Assembly (NCBI GenBank): GCA_049968755.1
Contig: JBMFQE010000007.1
Coordinates: 22,498-86,497, forward strand
DNA: 64,000 bases
From: Bacteroidales bacterium
GTDB taxonomy: Bacteria > Bacteroidota > Bacteroidia > Bacteroidales > DTGW01
Direction of reading: 5' to 3'
The position numbers and the translations under genes were made by a program. Every line of letters begins with the position of its first letter. Position 1 is the stretch's first letter. The notes beneath the pieces are model-generated. The model did not search any database. It was not told where the DNA came from and worked only from the letters and a program-made list of their open reading frames with translations. Of this stretch, positions 1 to 10,100 are shown piece by piece.

Positions 1-414
1 GAAGCTCCGCTCAATGATATTCGGGTATGGATACTGGGGCTTTTCCTTTTTTTCTGGCAGATACCCCACTTCTGGATCCTATTGCTCAAGTATGCCGATG
101 ATTACGAACGTGCTGGTTATGCTTCGATTAAACGCGTTTTTCCCCTTGAAGACCTGCGCTGGATTACTTTTCCATGGATTATGATAACAACATTGTGCTC
201 GCTGGCTTTTCCAATAGTTGGACTGATTAGTTCGCCCTTGGTCGTATGGCTTATTGTGTTTGCCAACCTGATTTTGATCATCATGTTTGTTCGATATCTG
301 TTTGGCAAAGAAACAGCTGTACCTCGACGGCTTCGACAGGTATTTCTGGGTATAAATCTGTATTTACTGGTAAATATGCTGGCTGTGGCTTTTCAGCGGC
401 TTGTTCTATTATAG
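1..414 (+). CDS. Protoheme IX farnesyltransferase / UbiA-family prenyltransferase, C-terminal part (5' end lies outside the window)
   Basis: Frame 1 is open from base 1 (EAPLNDIRVWILGLFLFFWQIPHFWILLLKYADDYERAGY...), so the listed 82..414 ORF is only the tail of a longer gene. A WQxPHFW motif followed by hydrophobic helices is typical of the heme O synthase (CyoE/CtaB) family. Confidence 0.6.
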   Translation, partial: EAPLNDIRVWILGLFLFFWQIPHFWILLLKYADDYERAGYASIKRVFPLEDLRWITFPWIMITTLCSLAFPIVGLISSPLVVWLIVFANLILIIMFVRYLFGKETAVPRRLRQVFLGINLYLLVNMLAVAFQRLVLL

Positions 415-513
415 GATTGTATTGTCGTGTAAGGGAAATTTTGCACAGTTAAAACAGAAAAATATTTAAACAATAGATAGGAAATCAATGTTAAAAGAAT
501 AAAAAGTTCAGTT

Positions 514-1062
514 ATGGCTAATCGCATTTATACACGCAAAGGTGATGAGGGCACTACCTTAATAGGGAACGGGCAGCGTCTGCCAAAGTATGATGATCGT
601 ATTGAGGCCCTTGGTGCGCTGGAAGAATTAACCAGTTACCTTGGAATACTGCGCGACCTTACCTCGTGGCCCAATATTTCCGAAAAACTTGCTATTATTC
701 AAAATAACCTGTTGAGTTGTGCTGCTATTCTTTCGGAAAATTATTCCGGTAGAAAGCCAATGGTGGGGCAGGATGATATAGAGTTGATTGAGAAGGAGAT
801 AGATAAGATAGATTCGGTACTGAATGGATACCAGGGAGTTTTTATACCTGGAGGTCATCCATTGGTTGCCTATTGCGATGTGGCCCGGAGCGTATGCCGC
901 AGGGCCGAGCGACAGGTAGCCCTTGTGAGCGATAAATATAATACCGACAAAATTATTGTTGCTTACCTCAACCGGTTGTCGGACTATCTTTACATGCTTT
1001 CGCTATTTTTTATAAAGGCTCTCAACGTAAAGCCGGTTGAATGGAAGCCTAAATATTCGTAG
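514..1062 (+). CDS. ATP:cob(I)alamin adenosyltransferase, PduO type
   Basis: 182 aa. IYTRKGDEGTT, RIEALGALEELTSYLG and LNRLSDYLY segments are characteristic of PduO/MMAB-type adenosyltransferases. Confidence 0.85.
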   Translation: MANRIYTRKGDEGTTLIGNGQRLPKYDDRIEALGALEELTSYLGILRDLTSWPNISEKLAIIQNNLLSCAAILSENYSGRKPMVGQDDIELIEKEIDKIDSVLNGYQGVFIPGGHPLVAYCDVARSVCRRAERQVALVSDKYNTDKIIVAYLNRLSDYLYMLSLFFIKALNVKPVEWKPKYS

Positions 1063-1140
1063 GGGGTTGTCTTCCTGTGGGTTAACTAATTGCAAAATTT
1101 AGGCTTTTCGACGTGAGGATGAGTATGTGGAAAAATATAA

Positions 1141-1167
1141 AGCAGGGAAAACTCCCTGCTTTTTTTA
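1141..1167. terminator. Bidirectional rho-independent terminator between convergent genes
   Basis: 8-bp stem agcaggga/tccctgct, loop aaac, followed by T7 and preceded by an A-rich run. Confidence 0.8.
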
Positions 1168-1216
1168 TTAAATTTTCCAGGAGCTGATCGTCCTATTCAG
1201 GCAGTTTGGAAGGGTA

Positions 1217-1930
1217 TTATTCGGAAATGAGCCAAACGGTAGTGTTAACATACCCCGAGGCATTGCCACCGTATGCTTCAGTTAGCAGTATAGCAGCGGG
1301 CGACCAATCGGTACCTTGAGTTAACCCTACCCCAGTCCATGCTGCGCAGTGATTACCAAAGGTAATGGTCATGTTTTTTCCGGTAGGGGCCTGGGTTTTT
1401 CGAGTGCTGAAAATCTGCCGGAAAGTAGCGGTGCCAATAATTGAGGGCGCATTGTAACGCATGGCCGTGTAGATATCGTATTGTGCACCATCGCTAGAGA
1501 ACGTTCCTCTATATTCGCCGGTGGGCCGGCTGCTACCCCATTTCTCATTTACATAGTATTCAATTAATGGATTTTTAGTCCAGCCGTAATAACCGAATGT
1601 GCCACCGCCATTCATGGTAAACGCTCCACAATTATACCCTAATTTACGTGTGGGTTTCCCATAGCTCCAGCCTTTGCCGCAGGTAAAATTGCCCTGATAG
1701 TTCCATGCAACGGAATAATTCCCTCCTGGACCATTCTGGTAATTAACATAGCCGGCCTTGTCGTCGGTCCACAATGACCAGAAGAAACCGTCGTGAGTTC
1801 CCGACTGATACGCTTTTAGGTGACTTTGAGACTGAGGCCGAAAGTCCTCAGATTCTTCTTCCTTGTTGCAGCTTACTGCAAACAAACATACCACCATTGT
1901 GGGTAGTAAGAACCATTTTTTTGTTTTCAT
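1217..1930 (-). CDS. GH11 endo-1,4-beta-xylanase, predicted surface lipoprotein
   Basis: 237 aa. GH11 jelly-roll signatures are YGWTKNPLIEYYV (nucleophile Glu), YDIYTAMRYNAPSI, TFRQIFSTR and LLTEAYGG (acid/base Glu). Lipobox LFAVSC is followed by an acidic NKEEESED stretch. Confidence 0.9.
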   Translation of the reverse strand: MKTKKWFLLPTMVVCLFAVSCNKEEESEDFRPQSQSHLKAYQSGTHDGFFWSLWTDDKAGYVNYQNGPGGNYSVAWNYQGNFTCGKGWSYGKPTRKLGYNCGAFTMNGGGTFGYYGWTKNPLIEYYVNEKWGSSRPTGEYRGTFSSDGAQYDIYTAMRYNAPSIIGTATFRQIFSTRKTQAPTGKNMTITFGNHCAAWTGVGLTQGTDWSPAAILLTEAYGGNASGYVNTTVWLISE

Positions 1931-2445
1931 GTTTTAGAATTTTAATTGGTTAGCTCCCCAAAATTAGGCTGGATGACTACCGAGGACTATAATTATTATT
2001 TCAAAAAATATCAGTATTGTTTCATTGGATGGTGTCAGGGAGGATATAAAATAATTGCAGTGAGGATTATTGGGTTGATATGTTTTCTACTTTTTTTAAA
2101 CCCAGGTGTTTGTCTACTGCCTACGTATTACCTGCATTTTGGTTTTTGTACAACTTCCCATTGTTCTTTCATAAAACCGCTCCCTCTTCAATCTATATCC
2201 GCTTGTTTACCAGAGAAAAAGATGGGTAACGAGGTGGCAAATGGCAGGTAAAAAGTTGTTTTGGATTTGACAAGAGTTAAGTTGATGAAATAAAATTACC
2301 AGATTATGACAGAAAATTTCTAATGTTACGGGCGAATGTTCTGTATTTTTTGTTAAAAAAAGAAAGAATATAGCCAGTTTAAGACAAAAATCTTACAGGC
2401 AACCAGTAAATTTATGCTGTAATTTTATAAAAATATAGTATAGTT

Positions 2446-5400
2446 ATGTATGCTTTGAGGTATTGGTTAATTGGGGTATTACCATTGATGATGTATACGC
2501 CGTTGGGGTCGCAATCGGTTTCATTTAAAACCTACAAAAATCCTGTAATACCTGGCGATCATCCTGACTGTACGGTTTCAAGGATTGGGAATGATTATTA
2601 TACTACGGGTTCATCTTTTAATCTTGAGCCTCAAATATATCATTCCACCAATCTGGTGCATTGGCGGGTAATAGCCAAACCAGTAAGCGCAACATGGGAA
2701 GGATTTGGTGATGCACCCGGTGGAGGTTGCTGGGGGGGACAGATGGTATTTCACCATAATAAGTATTGGCACTTTTTTTCACGAGCCAATACCATGTATT
2801 TCACAACGGCCAACAATCCCGAGGGTCCGTGGAGCATGCCTACTCGTATGAATAATCCACCTCAGCTTCCTTACACGTTGGGATACGACAATTCTATATT
2901 TATCGATGACAATGGCAAATGGTATCTGTTGGTTAAAAATGGTCAGCCCAACAATGGGATTGTGGAGTTAGGCGAGGATGGTCAGCCTACTGGTGTGGTG
3001 TACAATCTTAGCTGGCTTAATCCGGCGCCAACATATCCGTATAGCTGGGCCGAGGGTCCGGTCATGTGGAAATATAATGGATACTACTATTACTCTTTTG
3101 CTCGCGATCTGGCAGGTGGGCAAAAAGTAATGCGCAGTAGAACGTTAACTGCCGAACAATCGGCATGGGAGATGCTGGGCGATTTTTTTAATGAGAGTGA
3201 TCCGCTTAAACCTTCAGCTCTTTTTACCAGTCCCAATCATAGTTCGGCAGTGGTTATGGCTCCCGACAGTACCTTTTGGGTTGTTCATCCGCTGTATGCT
3301 AAAGGCGAATGGCGAGGGCAGGGGCGACAGGGACTGCTCAATCAGGTGTTTTATGATGAGAAGGGTAAACCTACCGCTGTTTATCCAATAGACTCGTATT
3401 TTACCGCGCCGCGTCTTCCCAGTAGTGGTATACCCTGGATGGTTCCCAAATCAGATTTTTTTTCGACAGAAACATTAAATCCTGAATGGCAATTCTATGG
3501 GTATACGCCAGCACAGCTCTATTCCCTTACCGAGCGACCAGGTTGGCTCCGCCTTTCACCTAAAACACGAAGGTTTAATCTTCTTTCGAAAAACGATGGA
3601 GAACATAACTACTCGTTGATTACCCGCCTGGATTTTAACCCGCAATCCCCTCAGGATGAGGCCGGTCTGGTTATCATGCGGGGTGATGAAAAAATGTTTG
3701 TGAAACTGGTCAGCACGGTGAATGAGCTTGGCAGGAAAATCATTCGCTTTTCTTTCAACGATAGCTATTATCAGGCCGATAATATGATTGGAAACATCGT
3801 TTGGCTTAAGCTGGTGCGTATTAATCATAAAATCAGTGCCTATTTCAGTGAGGAAGGGATAAACTGGTTACCCATGGTAGGCAGTTTCGATATTTCGGAA
3901 ATTGATTCATACTCCGATTTTTCTACGTTTACAGGAACCCGACAGGGGCTTTTTGTACAAAATCGCAGCGCTTTTTTTGATTTATATATTTACCGGGATG
4001 CCTATACTTCTATTCTTGCCGAATGTCCGGCAAATGAATTTGGAACCAGGCGTACTACCTTAAGTAATGGCATTTACTTGCTCGATAGCATTCACAATAA
4101 CGACTGGGCATTGTATGCTGGCGTTGAATTTGGGAACAGCAATTATGCACGAGCCTGCGATTCAGTAGAATTCATTGCTTCGTCGGCTACCGGTGGAGGG
4201 ATTATTGAAGTTTGGCTTGATTCAATAGATACGGGTGAAAAAATAGCATCGTGCCATATTACCCCAACGGGCGGATGGAACGAATTTCGTGTTTTTAAGG
4301 CAAAAACAAAACGCATATCCGGTCGTCATGACGTGTACCTGCGATTTCTGGGACCTGAGGGTAGCCGCTTGCTCCAGCTGAAATGGCTCAGGTTTGTCCC
4401 ATCTTATGCTCCCCGTGTGATAAGGGGCGCATCATCCGACGATGGAAAGAGCCTGGAACTTGAGTTTTCCAAACCGATTCTTCCAGCTGATTTCCTGATT
4501 GGATTTAAATTTTATGTTAATGGTGAAGCTAAAAGCATCGATAGCGTCAGGATTAACAATACATTGCCCAGCCGGCTAAACATTTATCTATCAAATCCGA
4601 TTGCAGTTACCGATACCCTGATGCTGTCGTATGATAATGGCAATATACTGTCGCTGGATAGCTTACCCTTGACTGAATTTTCAGAATTTCGGATTGACAA
4701 CAGGATGGCTGGCGCAAAGCCTTTGATCAAACAAATGATTACAAACAGGAATGGGGATAGCATTGAAATTACTTTTTCCAAAAAAATGCGTATTCTGGAC
4801 GAACAATGTAAGAAGTTTGTTTTAAAAGTCAATGATAAAACTACTCAGATCCCTTCTGGCTGCTTCTGTAAGGATAATGATTCCTTGCGCTATGTTTTAG
4901 GTTTTGATCGGCGGTTTTACTATGAAGATACTCTGCATTTATCGTATAGTACAAATGATTTGGCAGCAACTAATGGAGGGGTGCTTGATCCCTTTTACGG
5001 GGCATCGGTGGTGAATGTAGCCACGGGATATCCGTTGCAATTGTTTAGTGCAACAGTGCAAAAAAAAGGTTCGGGCTTTTCGGTTATTCATTTGAAATTT
5101 GACAAGCAAATACTCAAGCTCGATTACCGTCCTGATGCTTTTCAGGTAGCAGTAAATGGAATAACGGCTATCGTTCGTAGTTTAGTCGTAGCAGGCGATT
5201 CTGTTGTACTATCGTTCTCTCCAGCTGCAAAAGCTGGGGATACGATTTTGCTTTCGTATGATAATGGTAATATACAAAGCCAGTACCTGGGAACTTTAGA
5301 AAATTTTTATAACCTTCGGTTAACCATACCCACTGGTTTAAAGAAAATGAATAGGACTACTGGCGTTACAGTGTTTCCCAATCCTTCCGATGGGCAAGGA

Positions 5401-5592
5401 ATAAATATTTATGCTGATGATCCGTTTGATTTTATCCGGATATGCACATTACAAGGGCGGGAGGTGCTGCGAAGGAACATTTATCCTGTCTTTTCCCATC
5501 AATTATCTTTGTCTCTACCGCAGGGTATCTATTTGCTTGAGGTTCGGGGTGTTCGAGGAAATGCTTACCAAACAAAATTGGTAGTCAAGTGA
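2446..5592 (+). CDS. Multimodular GH43 glycoside hydrolase with CBM6-like module, repeated beta-sandwich (SWM-like) modules and T9SS C-terminal sorting domain
   Basis: 1048 aa. The N-terminal GH43 five-bladed propeller begins NPVIPGDHPDCTVSRIGNDYYTTGSSF...HSTNLVHW. The CBM6-like segment is DWALYAGVEFG...TGGWNEF...LKWLRF. At least three modules end in LSY-x-GN (LSYDNGNI twice). The C-terminus VFPNPSDGQGINIY...GIYLLEV...KLVVK matches the type-A T9SS CTD pattern. Confidence 0.85.
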   Translation: MYALRYWLIGVLPLMMYTPLGSQSVSFKTYKNPVIPGDHPDCTVSRIGNDYYTTGSSFNLEPQIYHSTNLVHWRVIAKPVSATWEGFGDAPGGGCWGGQMVFHHNKYWHFFSRANTMYFTTANNPEGPWSMPTRMNNPPQLPYTLGYDNSIFIDDNGKWYLLVKNGQPNNGIVELGEDGQPTGVVYNLSWLNPAPTYPYSWAEGPVMWKYNGYYYYSFARDLAGGQKVMRSRTLTAEQSAWEMLGDFFNESDPLKPSALFTSPNHSSAVVMAPDSTFWVVHPLYAKGEWRGQGRQGLLNQVFYDEKGKPTAVYPIDSYFTAPRLPSSGIPWMVPKSDFFSTETLNPEWQFYGYTPAQLYSLTERPGWLRLSPKTRRFNLLSKNDGEHNYSLITRLDFNPQSPQDEAGLVIMRGDEKMFVKLVSTVNELGRKIIRFSFNDSYYQADNMIGNIVWLKLVRINHKISAYFSEEGINWLPMVGSFDISEIDSYSDFSTFTGTRQGLFVQNRSAFFDLYIYRDAYTSILAECPANEFGTRRTTLSNGIYLLDSIHNNDWALYAGVEFGNSNYARACDSVEFIASSATGGGIIEVWLDSIDTGEKIASCHITPTGGWNEFRVFKAKTKRISGRHDVYLRFLGPEGSRLLQLKWLRFVPSYAPRVIRGASSDDGKSLELEFSKPILPADFLIGFKFYVNGEAKSIDSVRINNTLPSRLNIYLSNPIAVTDTLMLSYDNGNILSLDSLPLTEFSEFRIDNRMAGAKPLIKQMITNRNGDSIEITFSKKMRILDEQCKKFVLKVNDKTTQIPSGCFCKDNDSLRYVLGFDRRFYYEDTLHLSYSTNDLAATNGGVLDPFYGASVVNVATGYPLQLFSATVQKKGSGFSVIHLKFDKQILKLDYRPDAFQVAVNGITAIVRSLVVAGDSVVLSFSPAAKAGDTILLSYDNGNIQSQYLGTLENFYNLRLTIPTGLKKMNRTTGVTVFPNPSDGQGINIYADDPFDFIRICTLQGREVLRRNIYPVFSHQLSLSLPQGIYLLEVRGVRGNAYQTKLVVK

Positions 5593-5626
5593 AGTTTTAT
5601 AGGGAATCGTTTTGATCTATAATTTA

Positions 5627-5702
5627 ACCTAAATTTGCCATTAGATCAAATTTTTCTAATTACTGCATATTAGAAGATTTAAGTCTAATGACAAATTTAG
5701 GT
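5627..5702. terminator. Long imperfect inverted repeat (19-bp arms) between convergent genes, putative bidirectional terminator
   Basis: acctaaatttgccattaga (5627-5645) pairs with tctaatgacaaatttaggt (5684-5702) with one mismatch. An inner 6-bp palindrome tctaat/attaga is present. There is no clean U-tract. Confidence 0.45.
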
Positions 5703-5749
5703 TCCCTACAAGACAAATATTATCCCATCTGCATGCTGTTTGATGATTC

Positions 5750-6763
5750 TTATTTAATAAATTTCACCGTAAAAAGATTGTTGTTATAACCGATTTTAGC
5801 AACATAAATTCCTTCTTTGAGGGCAACCTGATCCCCATTGCGGAAGTTTAGGTTACGATATACCAGTGCGCCCGTAACACTGTAAATATTCATTTGTATG
5901 GGACCTCGACCCGATAAGGCAGGAATGTAAAGTCGGTCATTTTTTACCACAATAGCATAGGTATGTGATTGAGCAGTTGATGCAATGGTATTAACAATAG
6001 CCGACCGTTTAGCTCCCTGTTGGTATAGCCACAAAACATTTTCCTCAGTTAGGGCAGTACCCCATATAGCAAAGAGTTCAATTAAGCCTTTCCAGGTAGG
6101 ATCTGGATAAACGCTCCGGCCAATAAACGCACTTTCATTGGACACTTTCGATAGTGTGTGATTGGCATCGAGCGTATCAATAGCCGGTTGGGCGTTATCG
6201 CCATATTTCAGCAGGCTGCCGTCGACATATAGCTTCATGATATTGTTGGTGTCGATGGTAACTACATAATGGTGCCACACAGAATCTCCTATGTTGGCGT
6301 TAAAGCTTAGCCCATCCTCGTTGGCCCAGGGCGCATCAGAACCTACCGATAGGCGGGCTGCTACGCCCGTACCCCAGCGACCCGGCGTGAAAAACAAATA
6401 ATTCATTCCAACATTACCCGACTGGCCAAAGCTCCATAGCATGTTGGGATTAGGCGAATTGAGACTGGTGTATGGTAAGCACCATATTTCGATTGATACC
6501 GCCGGGTAATTTTTAAGATTAATTACATCGGCTGGAAGACTTAGATATCCCTCGTTTTTTGTCGTATCCGACAGGTCGAGTACACCATTGTGAATGGTTG
6601 CCACTGCGTCGGGTTCACCGTGTGCCTCACCAATCTGATCCATGGGCGTATCATCCTCAAAATTCCAAAGATGGCGCTGATCGCTAACTGCAGGCTTTAT
6701 CTGGCTATAGATTGCCATTGTCATGCAGAGCAAAACTGTTACGGTAGTAAGTAATTTTTTCAT
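5750..6763 (-). CDS. Secreted LamG/concanavalin-A-like lectin domain protein with T9SS-type C-terminal domain
   Basis: 337 aa with a signal peptide (MKKLLTTVTVLLCMTMAIYSQ). The central region (WHHYVVTIDTNNIMKLYVDGSL..., FIGRS) resembles LamG/laminin-G folds. The C-terminal ~80 aa (MNIYSVTGALVYR...GIYVAKI...FTVKFIK) resembles a T9SS CTD but lacks the PNP motif. Confidence 0.6.
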   Translation of the reverse strand: MKKLLTTVTVLLCMTMAIYSQIKPAVSDQRHLWNFEDDTPMDQIGEAHGEPDAVATIHNGVLDLSDTTKNEGYLSLPADVINLKNYPAVSIEIWCLPYTSLNSPNPNMLWSFGQSGNVGMNYLFFTPGRWGTGVAARLSVGSDAPWANEDGLSFNANIGDSVWHHYVVTIDTNNIMKLYVDGSLLKYGDNAQPAIDTLDANHTLSKVSNESAFIGRSVYPDPTWKGLIELFAIWGTALTEENVLWLYQQGAKRSAIVNTIASTAQSHTYAIVVKNDRLYIPALSGRGPIQMNIYSVTGALVYRNLNFRNGDQVALKEGIYVAKIGYNNNLFTVKFIK

Positions 6764-7024
6764 AGCTAATTAATTATTGGTTTTAGCTCAAATGTATTTC
6801 TCAATACAGCCAAACCTATATAAGTATTCTTTCAATCGTTGTGACTATTATTTCATTTTCAGCATTTTTTTGCTTTTGTTATTGAGGTCAGATAAAATGA
6901 TGCCTGAAAAATGAAAGGAAATTGACAGATAATGAAAAAATAGTTACAGCGCTTTGTTATAGAACCGGATTAATTAGCAGGAAAAATTTTCTGAACCAGT
7001 TATTAGCGATCAAAAATTTATGGT

Positions 7025-7122
7025 ATGAAACACCCATGTTCCTGCAAACGCAAACACAATAGGGATAAAATTGCGAACATGGGTGTTCCATCAAACCTTT
7101 AAAAATTAATTTTATTATGATG
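7025..7122 (+). repeat. Copy 1 of ~97-nt hairpin-containing repeat ending in the ATGATG start of SusC-1
   Basis: ATGAAACACCCATGTTCCTGCAAACGCAAACACAATAGGGATAAAATTGCGAACATGGGTGTTCCATCAAACCTTTAAAAATTAATTTTATTATGATG. The 13-bp perfect inverted repeat is 7029-7041 / 7075-7087. Confidence 0.95.
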
Positions 7123-10100
7123 AAAAACAACTACTACACTACGTGTGCAAAGAGACGACTGTTACTGATTACAGCATGGTTGTTTTTATGGATGCCTGCT
7201 GTACTGTATGCACAGAAGATCAAAACAGTAAGTGGTATAGTGAAGGATGCAACGGGTGCACCTATTGTGGGTGCTACCGTAGTTATTAAAGGTACAAACA
7301 TTGGGACGCTGACCAATCAGGAGGGTAAATTTTCAATTAGTGTGCCCGAGGGAAAGGGAAACACACTGGTTATTTCCTTCCTGGGAATGGAACGCCAGGA
7401 ATATGATATCAGTGAGGTATCTACCATTGAGGCGGTATTGAAAGAGACGGAGGTTAAGCTCGAGGATGTAATTGTGGTGGGCTATGGCAGCCAAAAAAAG
7501 GAGAGTGTAGTGGGTGCCATTGCACAGACCAAGGGAGATGTACTTGTACGAACGGGCGGGGTTACGAATGTGGCTTCCACGCTGACAGGTAATCTGCCGG
7601 GGGTTGTTACCATGCAGGGGACGGGTAAGCCGGGGCAGGAAGACCCCGTGATCTTAATTCGCGGGCAGGCAACCTGGAACAATTCCAGGCCGCTTGTATT
7701 GGTCGATGGTATTGAACGTTCGCTCGATGGGCTTGATATTAATTCCATTCAGAGTATTTCGGTACTGAAAGACGCTTCGGCTACGGCCGTGTTTGGTGTA
7801 AAGGGTGCAAATGGGGTTATTCTGGTTACTACCAAACGTGGTGCTGAGGGTAAAGCCAATATTTCGATCAGCTCCAATGTGACCATGAAAGCACCCTCAA
7901 AACTACCAAACAAGTACGATGCTTACGATGCTCTTAAGTATCGTAATATCGCCATTGAACGTGAACTTGGGCTGAGTCCTTCCTCCTGGGACTATGTAAC
8001 CCCTATCCCCGAGCTCAATAAGTACAGAAATCCTGCCAATCAGGAAGAAGCAGAGCGTTATCCCAATATCGACTGGCAAAAAGAATCGTTTAAGGATTAT
8101 GCTTTTTCTCACAATAATAATATTAGTATTTCGGGTGGAACACCTTTTGTAAAATATTACAGTGCGCTCGATATAATTAATGAAGGTGATGTAATAAAGG
8201 TAAGGGAAAATAATAAAGGTTATACACCAGGTTATGGTTATAATCGTTTGAACGTTCGAAGCAACCTCGATTTTAATCTTACAAAAACTACTACGCTATC
8301 TACTAACCTGGCCGGTATTTATGCCAATCAAAAAGAAACATGGAGCGATTTTGAGTACACCATCTGGCAAAATGCCTATACTACGGCTCCCGACGTTTTT
8401 CCTGTTCAATATAGCGACGGGTATTGGGGTTACTGGCTGCAGGATGTGCAGGCATTGAATTCGCTTCGAATTGTATCTAACACGGGTATTCGTAATCGTA
8501 AGACAACCAGCTTGAATACCGACTTCACCCTGACACAGGACCTTAGCATGTTGCTAACAGGGCTCAATGTAAAAGGAACCCTTGCCATGGACAACCAGTT
8601 TGTGTCGGTAGGGGGTATTTACGACGACGGTAGCGCTTATCAGAAATGGATTTCGCCCGATGGCCAGGTATTCTATAAAAATACTACCGGCGCTATTAAG
8701 TACGACTACGTACTTCCTCAATGGTCGGTTCGCAGCGACCAGATGGACAATACGCTAACCGCTCGTAAGCTTTTCTACCAGATGCAGCTCAACTATGCAC
8801 GTAAGTTCAATCGTCACGATTTCACGGCTATGGGACTGTTTAGCCGCGATAAGCTGGCGACGGGTAGCGAATTTCCTCATTATCGCGAAGACTGGGTGTT
8901 CCGCGTGACCTATAATTTTGACGCACGGTATTTTATCGAAATCAATGGTGCGTACAATGGATCCGAAAAATTTGGACCAAAATATCGTTTCGATTTCTTC
9001 CCTTCGGCGGCCATTGGTTGGTCAATTGCCGATGAGAAAATCGTTAAAAATAACTTAGATTGGATAAATCGATTGAAGGTTCGCGCTTCGTATGGATATA
9101 TTGGAAACGATGATATATCCAATGTGGGTAGGTGGTTGTACCTATCCCAGTGGGCTGCAGGAGGATCCTCGTCGCTGGGACTGAACAACGGTACCATGAG
9201 TCCATACACCTGGTACCGAGAAGCTGTTATTGGCAATCCCGAACTACACTGGGAGAAAGTGCGAAAAACCAATATTGGTGTCGACTATGGCTTTTTTAAC
9301 TCGCTAATCGAAGGTTCGATCGATTTTTTTAACGATTACCGAACCGATATTCTGGTGGCCGGTTCCGATAGAGCTATCCCTTCATATTTTGGAGGTGCGG
9401 CTCCCGTAGCAAATCTTGGCAAAGTTAAAGTCAATGGGTTTGAATGGGAAATTAGAATCAGTAAAACATTTCCAGGAGGATTTCGTCCTTACATCAATTT
9501 TAACATGAGTCATGCCATCGATAAAATCATCGAACGCAACGACCCCGAATTGCTCGATGACTATCAGAAACAGGCAGGATATTCTATTGGTCAATTCCGC
9601 TCCCACGTTATTACCGACTATTACAATACCTGGAATGAGGTGTATGGAAGCACTCCAGTAAATACCAACGATCATCAGAAATTACCGGGTAACTACAACC
9701 TTATCGACTTTAACGCCGACGGCGTCATTAACGATTATGATGTGATACCCAATGGTTATCCCGAACGTCCGCAAAACACCTATAATACTACCATAGGTTT
9801 CGATTATAAGGGATTCAGCTTTATGGTTCAGTTTTACGGGGTAAATAATGTAACCCGTTACATGTCGTATGGCAATTTTGCTGTTAAAACAAATATTCTG
9901 TACAATCAGGGCGAATTCTGGTCAAAGGAAAATCCTAATGCTCCTTCTTTTATGCCTCGCTGGGCTTCGGTTTGGGATTACTATGGTAACTTTTATGCAT
10001 ATGATGGTTCGTACTTACGACTGAAAAATGCTGAGATAGCATATACTATTGAGTCGAAAGGCATTCAACGCTACGGGCTGAAGTCGATGAAAATATTTCT

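Noticed and set aside
1946-2251. 101-aa ORF in the divergent GH11 / GH43 spacer.
   Set aside because: It has a non-ATG start and a Cys/Phe/Tyr-rich low-complexity translation with no recognisable motif. It lies in a probable promoter region.
7025-7122. The 97-nt element as a classical MITE or IS remnant.
   Set aside because: The inverted repeat is internal (positions 5-17 and 51-63) rather than terminal. I cannot see target-site duplications, and no transposase or integrase gene is in the window. Mobility by another route is not excluded.
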